This document shows positions 52,501 through 63,913 of a DNA stretch of 64,000 nucleotides, one piece after another. Both the position numbers and the translations under genes were made by a program. The DNA lies in the NCBI GenBank assembly GCA_965112155.1, contig OZ218104.1; one strand, 5' to 3'. Position 1 is the stretch's first letter; every line of letters starts with the position of its first letter. A model generated the notes under the pieces. It saw only the letters and a list, made by a program, of their open reading frames with translations. It did no database searches and was not told the origin of the DNA. The stretch is from Podarcis liolepis (lineage: Eukaryota).

Positions 52501-55500
52501 TGATGGGATTTGTAGTTCTGGCGGGTTCTGGGTTATAGAAAGTAGAAATAGGAACATTTTCATATTTCACAGATTTGCTTTTCCCTTGTTTGTTTGGCCT
52601 TCTGAGTATTTCTAGAATCAGGAGAACTACCTAGAATGATGTTAGCACTGGTTCTCAGTGCACATTCAGATATAGAAAGTGATCACAGATAAGCAATGTC
52701 CCAACTCTCCTTTTCTCTCTTAGAAAGCTACAGCTGTTGCACTATAAATGATCATAGCCTTGCAGAGAGATGCCAGTGATGTTCAGATTTCATTTGCGTA
52801 GTGCAGGGGTCAGCAACCTGCGGCTCCGGAGCCGCACGTGGCTCTTTTACACTTTTGCTGTGGCTCTGGGGCAGATACTAGCAAGGGGAGGAGGCGCATT
52901 GTGTGCCCCGACACTCCCCACTGTTTTAAATGTCGCAATGGTTTTGCGGCTCCCAGTTTTTTTTTCTTCGGTCCAAGTGGCTCTTTTTGTCTTAAAGGTT
53001 GCAGACCCCTGGCGTAGTGCCTCAGGAAGGGATTTTGGGGCTTGCCTTGAACAGCCTCCCTTTTCTGCTTTTTGAACTGCTTTTCTGAATTGCTGTCGCT
53101 TCCCAGCACATTGCCAACTACATCTGTGGGATCCAGACCATTGGGCACCGAGTGATCGTCTCGGATGTCCAGGAGAGCTTCATCTGGGTGCGCTACAAGA
53201 GGAACGAGAACCAGCTGATCATTTTTGCAGATGACACCCACCCCCGCTGGGTCACCACTGCCTGCCTCCTCGACTATGACACAGTGGCTGGGGCTGACAA
53301 GTTTGGCAACATCTGTGTGGTGAGTCAGCCTGAATGCAGCCAGGAAACTCCTGGGGCCCATTTGAGAACTGTCCTGCTGTCGTTTTGATTCCCTGATGTG
53401 GGAGATGCCAGTGAAACCCCAGCCTTTTGCTTTTGCTAACCACCATTTAGCCGGTGGCCTGTGAGACCTTTCTCCCACACTCACATGCTGCTGTCATGGG
53501 GGGTGGCAACTTCCTCTGGACACTCTTCTGCCAAAGTGCACACCTTGTGACTGTTCTGTTAATGGAGACACATGCTTGGTTGCTCTCCTTTTGTGGCTTG
53601 GATTACACACCGTAGTCACCCCACAGCTAAAAACAGCTTGCGGATTTATGTGGTTGTGTTGGTGCATGCTCCTGAAAAGTTCTTGGTCTGCTCCTCTCCT
53701 GCTGCGGCTGCAATGGCTTGTTGTGACTTTCAGACATCAGCCTGTTGGTTTGTTTGCTTCCAACAAGCACAGGCAATGAGTTAAGAACAAACCTTGGCTA
53801 ACTCTCATGGTTTGTTGGGGGAGAAACATGCTGTGAACCCAGGTTGGGGCACTCATTGTGGTTTGAAGTGACATGCAGAGTGTTTGCTGGTTTGGGCTTT
53901 TCTGAATTCATGCTTACAACACCTTCCAGTTATTCCCGTTTGCCATTAAGACCACACGTGAGTTTGACACTCTTGATGCCTCCTCCTATAGGTGCGGCTA
54001 CCACCCAACACAAATGATGAGGTAGACGAGGACCCAACTGGAAACAAGGCGTTATGGGATAGAGGCCTTCTTAATGGGGCTTCTCAAAAGGTAACTTTGG
54101 TGTAGGGAAGGGGGTGCTTCCTCAGATGAGAAACTGGAGGCTCTTTCTTGTTCTTTGGTTATTTATTAACTTCATTACCTGCCTTTCTGGAACCAGCAAC
54201 TTCCTTTTTAAAAATATATAAATCTATGCATAAATCTACTGATAAAAAACATGTCGTGGTGAATTGGTTTTAGAAGCCAGTATCCGTATGGAATTAATAA
54301 CAAGACTGTCCGCCGGTTGGAGCCTGAAAGGGCTTCTGTATCTACATAAATGCAGTGTGGAGCAGAGTTAAACCCCTGCATAGAGTGAAATTGTACTCCT
54401 GTGGTCAAGCAGATGCCTTTGGAGCTTTGTAATTAGGGTTGCTTATAGTTGTTTTTCATGCACAAAGGAATGGGGATTTTTTTAAAGTTCACAGAAAAAT
54501 CTCTTCTGTGTTCATGAAGTGCTGTAACATGATACAGGCAAAACCTTTGTGATTTCCCCCCTACTCTGTTTTGAGAAGTTCCTGGGGATAGGAGGGACAG
54601 TTTCCCTTTCCAATAGGGGAACATTGGGACCCCTGTTAGTTAAATGAAACTTGAAACAGTATGGGGGAGAAACAACCCAGGACAACTGACCCCATGTAAT
54701 TGTTGAGCAGTACAGTGGTACCTTGGGTTAAGAACTTAATTAGTTCTGGAGGTCTGTTCTTAACCTGAAGCACCACTTTAGCTAATGGGGCCTCCCGCTG
54801 CTGCCACGCCGCCGGACCACGATTTCTGTTCTCATCCTGAAGCAAAGTTCTTAACCCGAGGTAATATTTCTGGGTTAGCGGAGTCTGTAACCTGAAGCGT
54901 ATGTAACCTGAAGTGTATGTAACCCGAGGTACCACTGTGTAGGGAGTATGAAGTGATTCAGGTTTGCTTAAATTTTTTTTTGCAAATACTTGAAATGCCT
55001 TCCGAGTTTCATAGCACCCTCCTACACAATTTTATTTTTTACACTTAGCTAGCAGGAAGTAAATTTTAAGACATATTTCAACAATCCTCCTGTTTTGGGG
55101 GGGGGATAATTTAATTGACACTGCATTTTAGAAATGTGAAATACTGTCCTAATGAAATACTGTGCTCATAATGGAAGGGGTCCAGTGTACTCCAGTAGCC
55201 TAATAGCACCTCCCTCCCCAAGCATTACACATAGGAAATCACTGTTGCAAGTTTGCATTATAAGTGTGTTTAGAAATGTCCTCACCAACCACTGGAAGTG
55301 ATAAATGTAGGTTTTCTTTAATGAAAATGAGATTGTCTGGATTTAATGCATTATCTTAGGTCACCTGCTGAAGTCTTGCTTGTCTTACTTTCAGGCAGAG
55401 GTGATTATGAACTACCATGTAGGGGAAACAGTCCTGTCCCTGCAGAAGACGACTCTAATCCCCGGAGGCTCTGAATCTCTTGTCTACACGACCTTATCTG

Positions 55501-58250
55501 GGGGCATTGGCATTCTGGTCCCGTTTACATCACACGAGGTAGGAAGTTCTTGTATGATGGAAATATTAAGAGTTGTTCATCTACATAGTGCAGCAGGAGC
55601 ACTTAATGCCCTGCAGTAGTGACAGTGAGTTATGGGAGGATGGAAGACAAAGCTGAAAGGGTGGGGAGGCTATGCCACTCCCTGCCCACAGTTGGCCTCT
55701 TGGCTCTTCCTTGTGTGGATCAGAAATGGATCTGCTTTAATGCACGTACTGAGCTTGGCTGCTGTTGGACCTCCTGAGCTGCCTATGGCTCTCTTTGCTC
55801 TCTGTATGTCTCCCCCCTCCCCAATGCATACACTGATACCTGGCAATATAATGTACCCTGAAAACTGTTGCTGACACAGGTGACACCCACATTTGCCAGT
55901 TGGCTCTGCCCATGAGGCATGACCAAAATTTTATTGCATGACAGAATGAAGCAGAGCTAAAAAGGACTCATGGAAATTTGGGCATTTGGTTGCCCATGGT
56001 ACAAATGGGCTGGGCTACTCGTTAGAAGCATCTGTCCAAGGAAAGGACTGGGTGACATATTTTACAAGAATATATGGCCCCCACTCTGACCCACCCTCAC
56101 AAGTTTACTATACTCAGTTATTATAACTGCCAGACTGGCCAGACATCACGCCCAATCAGATTAAAAGGCTAATTGTAAGCCAACTAGCCAATAAAGCTCC
56201 AGGAGAAGACATGATCCCAATGGAGATTTATAAGATAAGACCGGATTTCTGGTCACCCATTTTTGCAAAACAGTTTTCATATATTAACAGCTCAGGTCGA
56301 ATACCGGAAGGGTGGAAGCGGAGTATAATTGCCCCAATATACAAAAAGGGTGATTAGAAAAATCCTGCCAGTTATAGACCCATTAGTTTGTTAGCTGTAG
56401 CCTCTAAACTATATGCCAGGCTCCTACAAATAAGGTGATATCTGAAGTCCAGGCAGGTTTCCAAAGAGGGAAATCCACATTGGACCAGTGCTTTGTGATG
56501 AACTTCCTGCTATGTAAACACATCCTTCCCGAAAATGATGAATGCCAGCCTGCAGAGGGCCCACTCTCTCTAGGACAGGGGTTAGCAACTTTTTTCAGCC
56601 CTGGGCCGGTCCACTGTCCCTCAGACCATGTGGTGGGCTGGACTATATTTTGGAAAAAAAAAAAACCTGAACCAATTCCTATGCCCCACAAATAACCCAG
56701 AGATGCATTTTAAATAAAAGCACACATTCTACTCATGTAAAAACACCAGGCAGGCCCCACAAATAACCCAGAGATGCATTTTAAATAAAAGGACATATTC
56801 TACTCATGTAAAAACACGCTGATTCCCGGACTGTCTGCGGGCCAGATTGAGAAGACGATTGGTCCGCATCCTGCCCCTGGGCCTTAGGTTGCCTACCCCT
56901 GCTCTAAGAGGTTTGTTCAGGTGGCGTGTTGTCAACCAGTGTACCAATCACAGCCGCTCCTCTTTTCAATGCTGGCCCCGGGTGTGGCATGACACTGCTG
57001 CTTCCAGCTGTTTTCCTTTACCTTTGATGGTGCTCTCTGCTCTTTTCAGGATCATGACTTCTTCCAGCATGTTGAGATGCATCTGAGGTCTGAACACCCT
57101 CCTCTCTGTGGACGAGACCACCTCAGCTTCCGCTCCTATTACTTCCCAGTAAAGGTAGGCTGAGTTTGTGGGTCTCTGCTACGTGTCCATCATATGCTAG
57201 TAAGCACATGAGCTCTGTTCATGGTAAAAGTTGCCAATGTGAAGGCCAAATTTCCCCCTGCATTTTATGCTTTGGTCAGAGCATCTGCTGAGGTTGCTGG
57301 AATGGCTTTTCCAGGACAGGATTCTGCTTGCTAAGAAGGGTAATCAGCAGTGGGGCCTATATGTCTACGTGATTCTCTGACTTTTTCTTTTTCACCATCT
57401 TGGTGGTTTATCTGAATAGATATTTGTCTTTTCTAAGTGATAAGTATAGATTTCAAGCCCCCTCCCCGCGATTCCCTATTGCAGTTCTCCCTGGTGATGG
57501 TAGCATCCCGTTAGAACTAACCTAGGTATCAAGGTGGGTCTTCTTTTTTCTTGGGAAACCATGTGTTTCTCTTGGGTCACCTGTACATCATGGGTAGGGC
57601 AGCACTGTCCATGGTGTCAGAATTTGGTTTCTGGACCCCCATATGAATCTGCATTTCCGGAAATGCTTCTGTGACAATGAGGAGTCATGTAGCAGGTTAT
57701 TTTTGCATTAGCACTGTTAAGTCTTCATTTCTAGACTGCAACATTATCAGTGTAGCTCTAAACCTGCAAGTTCACCACATGCCAAGCCCTGGGGTGATCT
57801 TGAGCAAGACAGTTCGAGGTTTTTTTGCTGGAGTTTGCTAGTTTTTTGTCCCGTCCCCCCCATTCCATGAACTTGTGGACACCTTAATTTTTCACTTTTA
57901 GGCAAATGTCTGCTGAACACCTGTACTTTTTTAAAGAGAGAATTTGCTTTTATTCATTCTGACTTTTGTGGAGAACCTTTGGGCCTCTTAGACAAGGCCT
58001 CTTGTTCTGTGTGCTTTGGGTCTGCTTTCTGTGCTTGAGCCCATTCCCTCCTTTGTTCCATGGGCTGCAGCTTCTAAAATAGCCCCCCACACTTTCTTTC
58101 TCTTGCTAGAATGTCATTGATGGGGATCTGTGTGAGCAGTTCAACTCCATGGAGCCCAACAAGCAGAAGAACGTGTCTGAAGAGCTGGACAGGACCCCAC
58201 CAGAGGTGTCCAAGAAGCTGGAGGACATCCGCACCCGCTATGCTTTCTAA
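26412..58250 (+). CDS. SF3B3: Splicing factor 3B subunit 3 (SAP130), complete, 25 coding exons, 3654 nt = 1217 aa + stop
   Basis: Starts [24 protein letters not shown] and ends [12 protein letters not shown]. Exon lengths sum to 1217 aa, the known SF3B3 length. Confidence 0.98.
26601..27922 (-). mobile_element. 5'-truncated CR1 LINE; RT/C-terminal part of ORF2 uninterrupted (26671-27921)
   Basis: [24 protein letters not shown] and FADD RT motifs; CR1 C-terminal [11 protein letters not shown]; ATTCTAT-type 3' tail. Confidence 0.95.
28368..28694 (+). CDS. SF3B3: SF3B3 exon 3 (TKQQEIV...GRAVMI)
   Basis: GT-AG boundaries, phase consistent. Confidence 0.94.
29239..29315 (+). ncRNA. SNORD111B: Box C/D snoRNA, SNORD111 family (SNORD111B-like), SF3B3 intron 3
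   Basis: Terminal stem cctga/tcagg; C box GTGATGA 29245-29251; guide TCATGTCTCTTC before D' CTGA 29273-29276; D box CTGA 29307-29310. SF3B3 is the known SNORD111/111B host. Confidence 0.9.
29853..30025 (+). CDS. SF3B3: SF3B3 exon 4 (AIEKQKL...LEMDYE)
   Basis: GT-AG boundaries, phase consistent. Confidence 0.94.
30486..30801 (-). mobile_element. Sauria (Squam1) SINE
   Basis: 5' GGGACGCGGGTGGCGCTGTGG head and (ACCTTT)n tail on the - strand; 9-bp TSD ttgttctta (30477-30485, 30802-30810). Confidence 0.88.
31522..31663 (+). CDS. SF3B3: SF3B3 exon 5 (EADNDPT...GNFLIT)
   Basis: GT-AG boundaries, phase consistent. Confidence 0.94.
32353..32465 (+). CDS. SF3B3: SF3B3 exon 6 (PGGSDGP...PIPRRR)
   Basis: GT-AG boundaries, phase consistent. 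Confidence 0.94.
33223..33427 (-). mobile_element. CORE/MIR-like squamate SINE (Squam3-like)
   Basis: cacaacaaacactctgtgaggt...gactggcccaaggtcacccagc core; (CTT)n tail. Confidence 0.7.
33560..33629 (+). ncRNA. SNORD111: Box C/D snoRNA, SNORD111 family, SF3B3 intron 6
   Basis: Terminal stem gcttga/tcaagc; C box GTGATGA 33567-33573; guide ATGTCTCTTC before D' CTGA 33589-33592; D box CTGA 33620-33623. Confidence 0.85.
34331..34468 (+). CDS. SF3B3: SF3B3 exon 7 (NDLDDPE...TDEDM)
   Basis: GT-AG boundaries, phase consistent. Confidence 0.94.
34647..34750 (+). CDS. SF3B3: SF3B3 exon 8 (VTEIRLK...SEFGN)
   Basis: GT-AG boundaries, phase consistent. Confidence 0.93.
35171..35356. mobile_element. hAT MITE
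   Basis: cagggg...ctcctg ends; perfect 8-bp TSD agatagac. Confidence 0.85.
35538..35703 (+). CDS. SF3B3: SF3B3 exon 9 (YLYQIAH...PILCCQ)
   Basis: GT-AG boundaries, phase consistent. Confidence 0.93.
36266..36457 (-). mobile_element. Penelope-like element terminal fragment with inverted partial copy and hammerhead-like core
   Basis: - strand CTGAAGA-t-GACGAG-tgagac-CTCGTC-GAAACGTC; perfect 50-bp inverted repeat 36336-36385 / 36408-36457; (TA)n flank. Confidence 0.7.
36600..37025 (+). mobile_element. Degenerate L1-like LINE 3' end
   Basis: A-rich decayed ORF end (...[17 protein letters not shown]) followed by a T-rich then A-rich 3' tail; family assignment is inference. Confidence 0.45.
37361..37456 (+). 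CDS. SF3B3: SF3B3 exon 10 (IADLANE...RHGLE)
   Basis: GT-AG boundaries, phase consistent. Confidence 0.93.
38137..38272. mobile_element. Palindromic hAT MITE
   Basis: caggcataggcaaact / agtttgcctacgcctg ends; TSD agctagaa / ggctagaa (7/8). Confidence 0.85.
38633..38705 (+). CDS. SF3B3: SF3B3 exon 11 (VSEMAVS...RRHVE)
   Basis: GT-AG boundaries, phase consistent. Confidence 0.93.
44563..44714 (+). CDS. SF3B3: SF3B3 exon 12 (EFDAYII...DALVQ)
   Basis: GT-AG boundaries, phase consistent. Confidence 0.93.
45511..45666 (+). CDS. SF3B3: SF3B3 exon 13 (VYPDGIR...FEMDP)
   Basis: GT-AG boundaries, phase consistent. Confidence 0.93.
46076..46231 (+). CDS. SF3B3: SF3B3 exon 14 (SGQLNEY...SLDPS)
   Basis: GT-AG boundaries, phase consistent. 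Confidence 0.93.
47246..47389 (+). CDS. SF3B3: SF3B3 exon 15 (DCLQPLS...NIGLQ)
   Basis: GT-AG boundaries, phase consistent. Confidence 0.93.
47985..48107 (+). CDS. SF3B3: SF3B3 exon 16 (NGVLLRT...QGQEA)
   Basis: GT-AG boundaries, phase consistent. Confidence 0.93.
48800..48954 (+). CDS. SF3B3: SF3B3 exon 17 (VLAMSSR...STNTL)
   Basis: GT-AG boundaries, phase consistent. Confidence 0.93.
49585..49759 (+). CDS. SF3B3: SF3B3 exon 18 (ILALEKL...QQMAE)
   Basis: GT-AG boundaries, phase consistent. Confidence 0.93.
50291..50496 (+). CDS. SF3B3: SF3B3 exon 19 (EMVEAAG...NEAAF)
   Basis: GT-AG boundaries, phase consistent. Confidence 0.93.
50963..51119 (+). CDS. SF3B3: SF3B3 exon 20 (VAVCRFA...EFLHK)
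   Basis: GT-AG boundaries, phase consistent. Confidence 0.93.
51911..52036 (+). CDS. SF3B3: SF3B3 exon 21 (TPVEEVP...KCENK)
   Basis: GT-AG boundaries, phase consistent. Confidence 0.93.
52804..53011. mobile_element. hAT MITE
   Basis: caggggtcagcaacct / aggttgcagacccctg; perfect TSD gcgtagtg. Confidence 0.88.
53107..53319 (+). CDS. SF3B3: SF3B3 exon 22 (HIANYIC...GNICV)
   Basis: GT-AG boundaries, phase consistent. Confidence 0.93.
53992..54090 (+). CDS. SF3B3: SF3B3 exon 23 (VRLPPNT...GASQK)
   Basis: GT-AG boundaries, phase consistent. Confidence 0.93.
54713..54937. mobile_element. Tc1/mariner-pogo MITE
   Basis: TIRs cagtggtaccttgggtta / taacccgaggtaccactg; TA on the left flank. Confidence 0.82.
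55395..55538 (+). CDS. SF3B3: SF3B3 exon 24 (AEVIMNY...FTSHE)
   Basis: GT-AG boundaries, phase consistent. Confidence 0.93.
56040..56520 (+). mobile_element. Decayed LINE reverse-transcriptase fragment (RTE/RTEX-like)
   Basis: Translates [10 protein letters not shown]...[30 protein letters not shown]...[15 protein letters not shown], with an in-frame stop. Confidence 0.8.
56576..56901. mobile_element. hAT MITE with internal ~70-bp tandem duplication
   Basis: caggggttagcaac / gttgcctacccctg; TSD ctctagga / ctctaaga (7/8). Confidence 0.82.
57050..57154 (+). CDS. SF3B3: SF3B3 exon 25 (DHDFFQH...YFPVK)
   Basis: GT-AG boundaries, phase consistent. Confidence 0.93.
58110..58250 (+). CDS. SF3B3: SF3B3 exon 26, last coding (NVIDGDL...RTRYAF*)
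   Basis: tgctag| acceptor; TAA stop. Confidence 0.94.
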   Translation, partial: NVIDGDLCEQFNSMEPNKQKNVSEELDRTPPEVSKKLEDIRTRYAF

Positions 58251-58784
58251 GAGGCGCCTTTTCAAGGACGTGGCTGGGATTCCTGTTCCAAAGATGTTTT
58301 GAAGGGTATGAGCTTTTTTGGCCAGTTGCTCCCACTTTGGTACTCTTGTTTTCTTCCAGCGACTTGAAAGTCCAACCATGTCATCAACCTGTTCTGTCCG
58401 TGCTGTTCCAGGAGTCAGTCAGGTTCTCCCAAGTGGCGAGGCCTCCCCTTTCAGGCGTGTTTCTGGCTCCACCCCTTTTACCGACAGTTTGGGTGCTGCA
58501 CCCACTACCGACCTGCCCTTGGACAAGGCCCTGGTGCCCTTTCCTTGTCAAGTGACCTAGCTAGATGAAGTCCCCTTTTCTGAGTTGGTAAGATATGAGC
58601 ACAGGGACGTTAGGGCTCCTCCTCTTCCATTGGCCAGTGTCTGGGAAGCCTTGTGGGCGTGGCTGCTGTAATTTTTCCATCCTGCAGTTTTTATCTCTGT
58701 GTTTGTAAATAGAGTCTTGTACCAAGTTAGCCTTTTGTCTGCTGAAGAGATGGCCTGTGTGAATCTGGCCATAGATTTTTCTTT

Positions 58785-58790
58785 AATAAA
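58785..58790 (+). terminator. SF3B3 polyadenylation signal AATAAA
   Basis: First canonical AATAAA, ~535 nt after the stop. Confidence 0.7.
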
Positions 58791-61109
58791 ACCCAGCATC
58801 TGGATTAAAGGTTGGCTGACAAACCTGTTTGGTGACTTCTCTCATGAATTTTACCTGCTCCTGGGGACGTGAGCTAGGGAGGAGCTCTGCCAATGGCACA
58901 TTAAATTCATGGGAAGATCAATCTTATCATTCATTTTAAAATGATGCACTTCTTACCCTTTGGGCTGCAGAAAGCCACGTTTCCCTGCACTTGCAGTGTC
59001 TAGTATTAGGCTCTGTATTTCTCTAGAGATCTTACTCTCAGTTTACTCTGCTGTGGAAGACTTGTTCAGCCCTCTCAGCTGTCCTAAGGAGGTTTATGCT
59101 CAAGTTCTGGAATTGTCTCCCAACCTACTCTAGCCCTTCAGAGAAGATAATGTTGCTGTTATGTTTACTTTCCTCAAAAGCAAACCTTTTGCATGTCCTC
59201 CCTGTGAGCTGCTCTTGGGGCTGCATTACATATGAATGACAGATCTCTCTGTATGGTGGGCTGACTACTTGTTTTAAATGTAATACAGGGATTTGATTCA
59301 TCCAAGTCAGCCTGGCCCAATAGTCAGGGATAATGGGAGCTGTAGCAAATACTTGGAAGGGCACAGGTTCCTGACCTCTGGAGGACAGAGTGCAGGTGTC
59401 TGTAGAACTTGTGACTGGCTGCAGCTCCTAAACGCAGATACTTACTTGAAGAGATACAAATGCCCTTCAGATATTACGAGGACCAGATGTTTAGTTCAAA
59501 ATGTGCTGGCTGCTGAGAGATCAGTGTCTGGTTTTAATAATCATGAGCTCAGAGATGGAGTCTGTTTTCCCTCAAAATAACTGGGTTCTGGGAGCTGCTG
59601 GTGACTTTGCAGGGAATCCTTACCTAATATTCTGTATTGGCAAAGTGTGCTTTGGGTCCCTTTAGTTGAGGTCCAGCTAGAAATACAGTGCAACTGGCAG
59701 CACTGCCCCTTGGTGGAATGGGCACTTGCCTGATCAGGCTACAGAGAACTTATGAGCAGTATTTTATTTAAGCCCAAAGCCAGGTGATTTCAGATCTAGA
59801 AGTTGGGCCAGCCTTTCTGGGCCTCTTTCAAGAGTTTCCTGGTGCTTCAGGTTGCTTTTGTTTCAAATGTCTTTGCTGAACAATTACTTTAAAGTGCTGT
59901 TTCTCCTTCCATGTATGGATGTGGGAGTTCTGGATTGGATATCATCCATTTCAGAAGTAGAACTAAGCAAATTCTCTTGTCAGCTGAAAATCTCTATCTT
60001 TCAGCTTTGAGTAGGCTCTGACATGTTGTGTCAAACTGCCACACTGGACCTTCTCTGTCTCCAAGAAAAGGAGAGCCCATCAGAAGGGAGCCAGTAGCCA
60101 GTGAGGGATTGCGGAAAAGGGAGCAATCTGTGTCTGGTTGGGAAGAGTCTTGCCCTCTTAGACAGAGTGGAGCAGTGTGTAGCCTTGGGAGGACTGCTGC
60201 TGCCCTGCTGCCTCACTAAGGTTGGGGCTGGTGGAGAGGCCTAACACAGCCCAGCCTTGAAATGGTTCAGTGATTAGGGGTGGGGATTGATGTGAAGGGT
60301 AGCTGTCAGTGACAAAGACTGTGGTAAAGCTTGCTGTGGGGAAGAACTATCTTCTATGCTGCTATAGTGGAAGCTACAGAAATAATACCCTACCCCTCAG
60401 ACTTCACCCGTTACTTCTCCACATACACAAGCAGGCACACTTGGATACTATGCAGCTCTTTAGATTCTATGGGCATGGAAATGCTAGTTTCTTGCTACAA
60501 GGTGTTGGAATTATGCAAATGGCTGTGAGAAGAGGGTTGGGGATTGATGCACTGGCTGGCACTGAAATCAGCAACGCCCAGCTCCTTTCTCCTAGTCCAG
60601 GGGCTGGGGCTTTAGAGCGACAGCATTAGAAAAAGAAAGGCCCCAGAAGGCTAAAAAACACCACATGCTTATTGCTTTCCATTTGAGAAGATACAGAGAG
60701 ACGCAGCTATTGATTGCTACCTCCACTGTTGTAGGCAGTGTGCTTCTGAATACCAGTTGCTGGGAATCACATGAGTTGTTTCTGTTGTGCTCTGCTTTTG
60801 AGTTTCCTACAGGCTCTTATGCTCATCTGAAATACACCTTAAGACCCAAGAACCCCTACTAGGTCAGAACTATAGAAGCTGGTGCTTTGTTTTTTAAAAA
60901 TACACTTACCTTTCCATTTCTGTAACCATAAATTCAGAATTGGAATGGCTGGGACAAATGTGTGTTAGCATTTGTGTTGTGATTCCAGGAGGGTTACAGG
61001 TAGGAAAACCACCTGTGGATGTTGTGTGCCTGGCCTGAAGAAACAACTGCTTTGTTCCTCTTATGCGTAGGAGAGTAAGAATGGGTGGGATGGGGTGGGA
61101 GGAACCAAT

Positions 61110-63913
61110 TTGCGTTAATTACAGTACAACTTTTATTAATACTGGAATCTTCACAGTGCATTCGTTACTTGTAGCAGTGACTATTTTAAATGAAGGGAGA
61201 AGGGAGAGGATAATTAACTTTAAGAATGAAAGAGGATGGGTGGGTGGGTAAGGCCAGGACTGCTAGCAAAAGGGGGGGGGGGCGTAGGGAAAATAAATTA
61301 GAAAAAAGAACAAGTTAACAGCACCAGAATAGTTAACATCAGTTGAGAGACATTTTAAAGGGTTTTTTCCTCTGTACAAAAAAAAATAAAAATAAAAAGC
61401 AAAATGCAAACATTTCTCACGCATTGTCACTGTTGTCATTTCTGGCCATGACAGGGAGGAGGGGGGCACCCACAGGAAGGTTGGTTGGTTAGAAACTAAA
61501 CTGTTATTACTACGACAGTATAAGAGTTAAGGAGGGTACAACGTGACACCCACGCAAGCGCACATAAGACGTCTGGGCTGTGGGGAGGGTGGAGGGGACT
61601 GCTGTGGCTCTATGTACAACAACGACAACACCAGGCCCTGCTGTGCCTTGCAGGGGCTAAGGATGGGGAGACAGGGAGGATCCAGCAAGAGGGAGCAGGT
61701 GCAGTTGTGCTTTCTCAGAGGCTTCTAGGCTCCCCAGTCCTTGCAGGGGGCCTTGAGTTGGCTGCTTTGGCCACCTCGTGTTTTCACCACCGCTGTGCTT
61801 TGCTCGTGCCTCACCACACAACACTCAACGCTGTCCACAGCTGTGCTCTCTCTCTACTTTAGAAAGGGTTGTTGACCACCATGCTGCTGCTATGAGAAAC
61901 GTGGTGGCATCTCTCTTGGAATAATTGTCACAAGCCCATCTTTTATTTTTTTCTTTGCATGGGTAAGCTCTGTACTCGAATGCCTGGCCAATCCAAAGAC
62001 AAAGGAAGCCCCCTAATGTCTAGCATGGGCTCTGCCTCCCCCACTTTAGCCACCCCATCTGTGCTACATCTGTGCTGTTCAGTGATCCTTGGATACTCGA
62101 CAGTCCCAGGACAGAAAAGCAAGACATGCTCATTCTTGAGCCCAACAAACACAAAAGGTGGAGGTAATGCAGCAGGGGCCATTTAATGGACCCTCATTTG
62201 TTGAGGAAGCTTGATCTGTAAAGCATGAGACTCTTAACCCAGGGCCAAAAGATTTATGCATTGCAAAGGGTTGGACTAGATGACCCTCATGGTTCCTTTC
62301 AACTCTACATTTCTCCGATTCCTTCCTAGTGAAGCACAGGGAAAGGCCTCTCCCTCTTTCCCCCTCACCTTAGACCACCTTAATTCCCAGCCACTGACTT
62401 TCCCCATCACTTTCTCTTTCTTTCAAGACTGTCCCCTTTCCCAACATCACTTTCCATTTGCCAACACAGCCGATTTCTAGACTATCTGGGACAATATCAG
62501 GGTGAGCACAAGGTAGATCCAAGTCTCTTGCACTCTCCAGATCTGGGTCCAACTCATGCTCCTTCAGCTCCAAGCACAGAGGAAGAAGCCGTGCTGAATA
62601 TTCATCTGGTTATAAATCTAGAGGCCAAAACCAGAACAAGGGAGCTAGCCTGTTTCTGTAAATCCCCTCTGCCCCCATTTTTAAAGCCTGCTTGTGGCAA
62701 TTCTTTCCTCACTTTCTGCTGGGGCACTTTTATATATATATTAAATTACAGCAGTGGACTCTTAATTTCATGAGCTGGTCAGGGTGAATCGGGGAATTGT
62801 ACCATGAATGGGATGTGGTTGACTGTACATCAGATCTGGCTAAGCAGCAGCAACATCACCAAAGGTAAACGAACCAACCAAGAGGGTTGGTTCAGCTATT
62901 TCCCTCTGTGCAGATACTTTTTACCCCTTTCAAAGTATCCACCCAATATTGACAAAATGGGGGCCCTTTTGATGCTGTTAGAAGAGGCACCCTGCCACAC
63001 ACTCACAGGTTTAGTCATAACCAAACCCATACCTGGCCAAAACAGGCTTACATTGGAAAAGGCAGAGGACACTGCCCCAGACCCAGCACTCCACCTAACT
63101 CAGCCTTGCCTAACACTGCTTGGCAGCAGCCTCCCACAACAAAGATCTTTCCTATTCTTATCTGGAGATGCCAACAGTTGAACCTGGGACCTTCTGCATG
63201 CCAAGCAGGTGCTCTACCACTCCGCTACAGCCTTTCTAGTGACACCAGAACCTGTGAGCATCAGTTTGACAACCTTTGGCCTTGCCAGATGGTTGTAGGA
63301 GAATTCAAGAGCAGACACCCTTGGTCTTTGCACACACCCTGCTTTCAAAACCCTCTAAGGCCCTCAATTACCAAAGTCCTCCACTACCATCCACAAAAAG
63401 GCTTCTTTTGCCCCTATATCCACTTAGCTACAGCTATTCCAGAGCAACAGCTGTCCACCTTCACCTTTCCATCACTGCCAATTCTGCTCCCTCCCACCCA
63501 CCTTCAAGGGAGAACCATGGCCACTGCTCTTACCAAAAGGTTCAAGCCCGGTCCTGAAGTGGCACTGAGAGCCGGTCAACAGCAGCCCAACCCTCGGCCT
63601 CTCAGATTACAGAGCTCCTAGCCCACTTCGGACGAGAGCGCAATCCTCTTCCTGAATATAACCAACCTGCCCATTCCTCTCCCAGTAGAGCCATGGAGGA
63701 AAGAGAGGCCGATAAGTCTGTGGCTGTGACTCAGCCTCTTGTTGGGGGGGATTGGGCCCTCCTGCCTGGTGTCATGCCTGCAGGTTGTCCGCTCCCTGCC
63801 CCTTGCACCCTCTCCTCCAGCTGCGCATTTGGGATCCACCTGGGAACATGAGAGGCTTCCGGGATTGTTCACGGGGGTGTTAACTGCTGCTTGTAAAGTC
63901 TTTCTTGAAGTAG
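61110..63913 (-). other. Probable terminal exon/3'UTR of an unidentified convergent gene
   Basis: AATAAA on the - strand at 61132-61137; U-rich UTR-like tracts at 61260-61520; long pyrimidine tract ending in tatcag acceptor at 63914. Confidence 0.45.

Noticed and set aside
48597-53484. Long - strand ORFs (214, 151, 171 and 224 aa)
   Set aside because: Antisense to SF3B3 exons, introns and MITEs; no domain signatures or gene structure.
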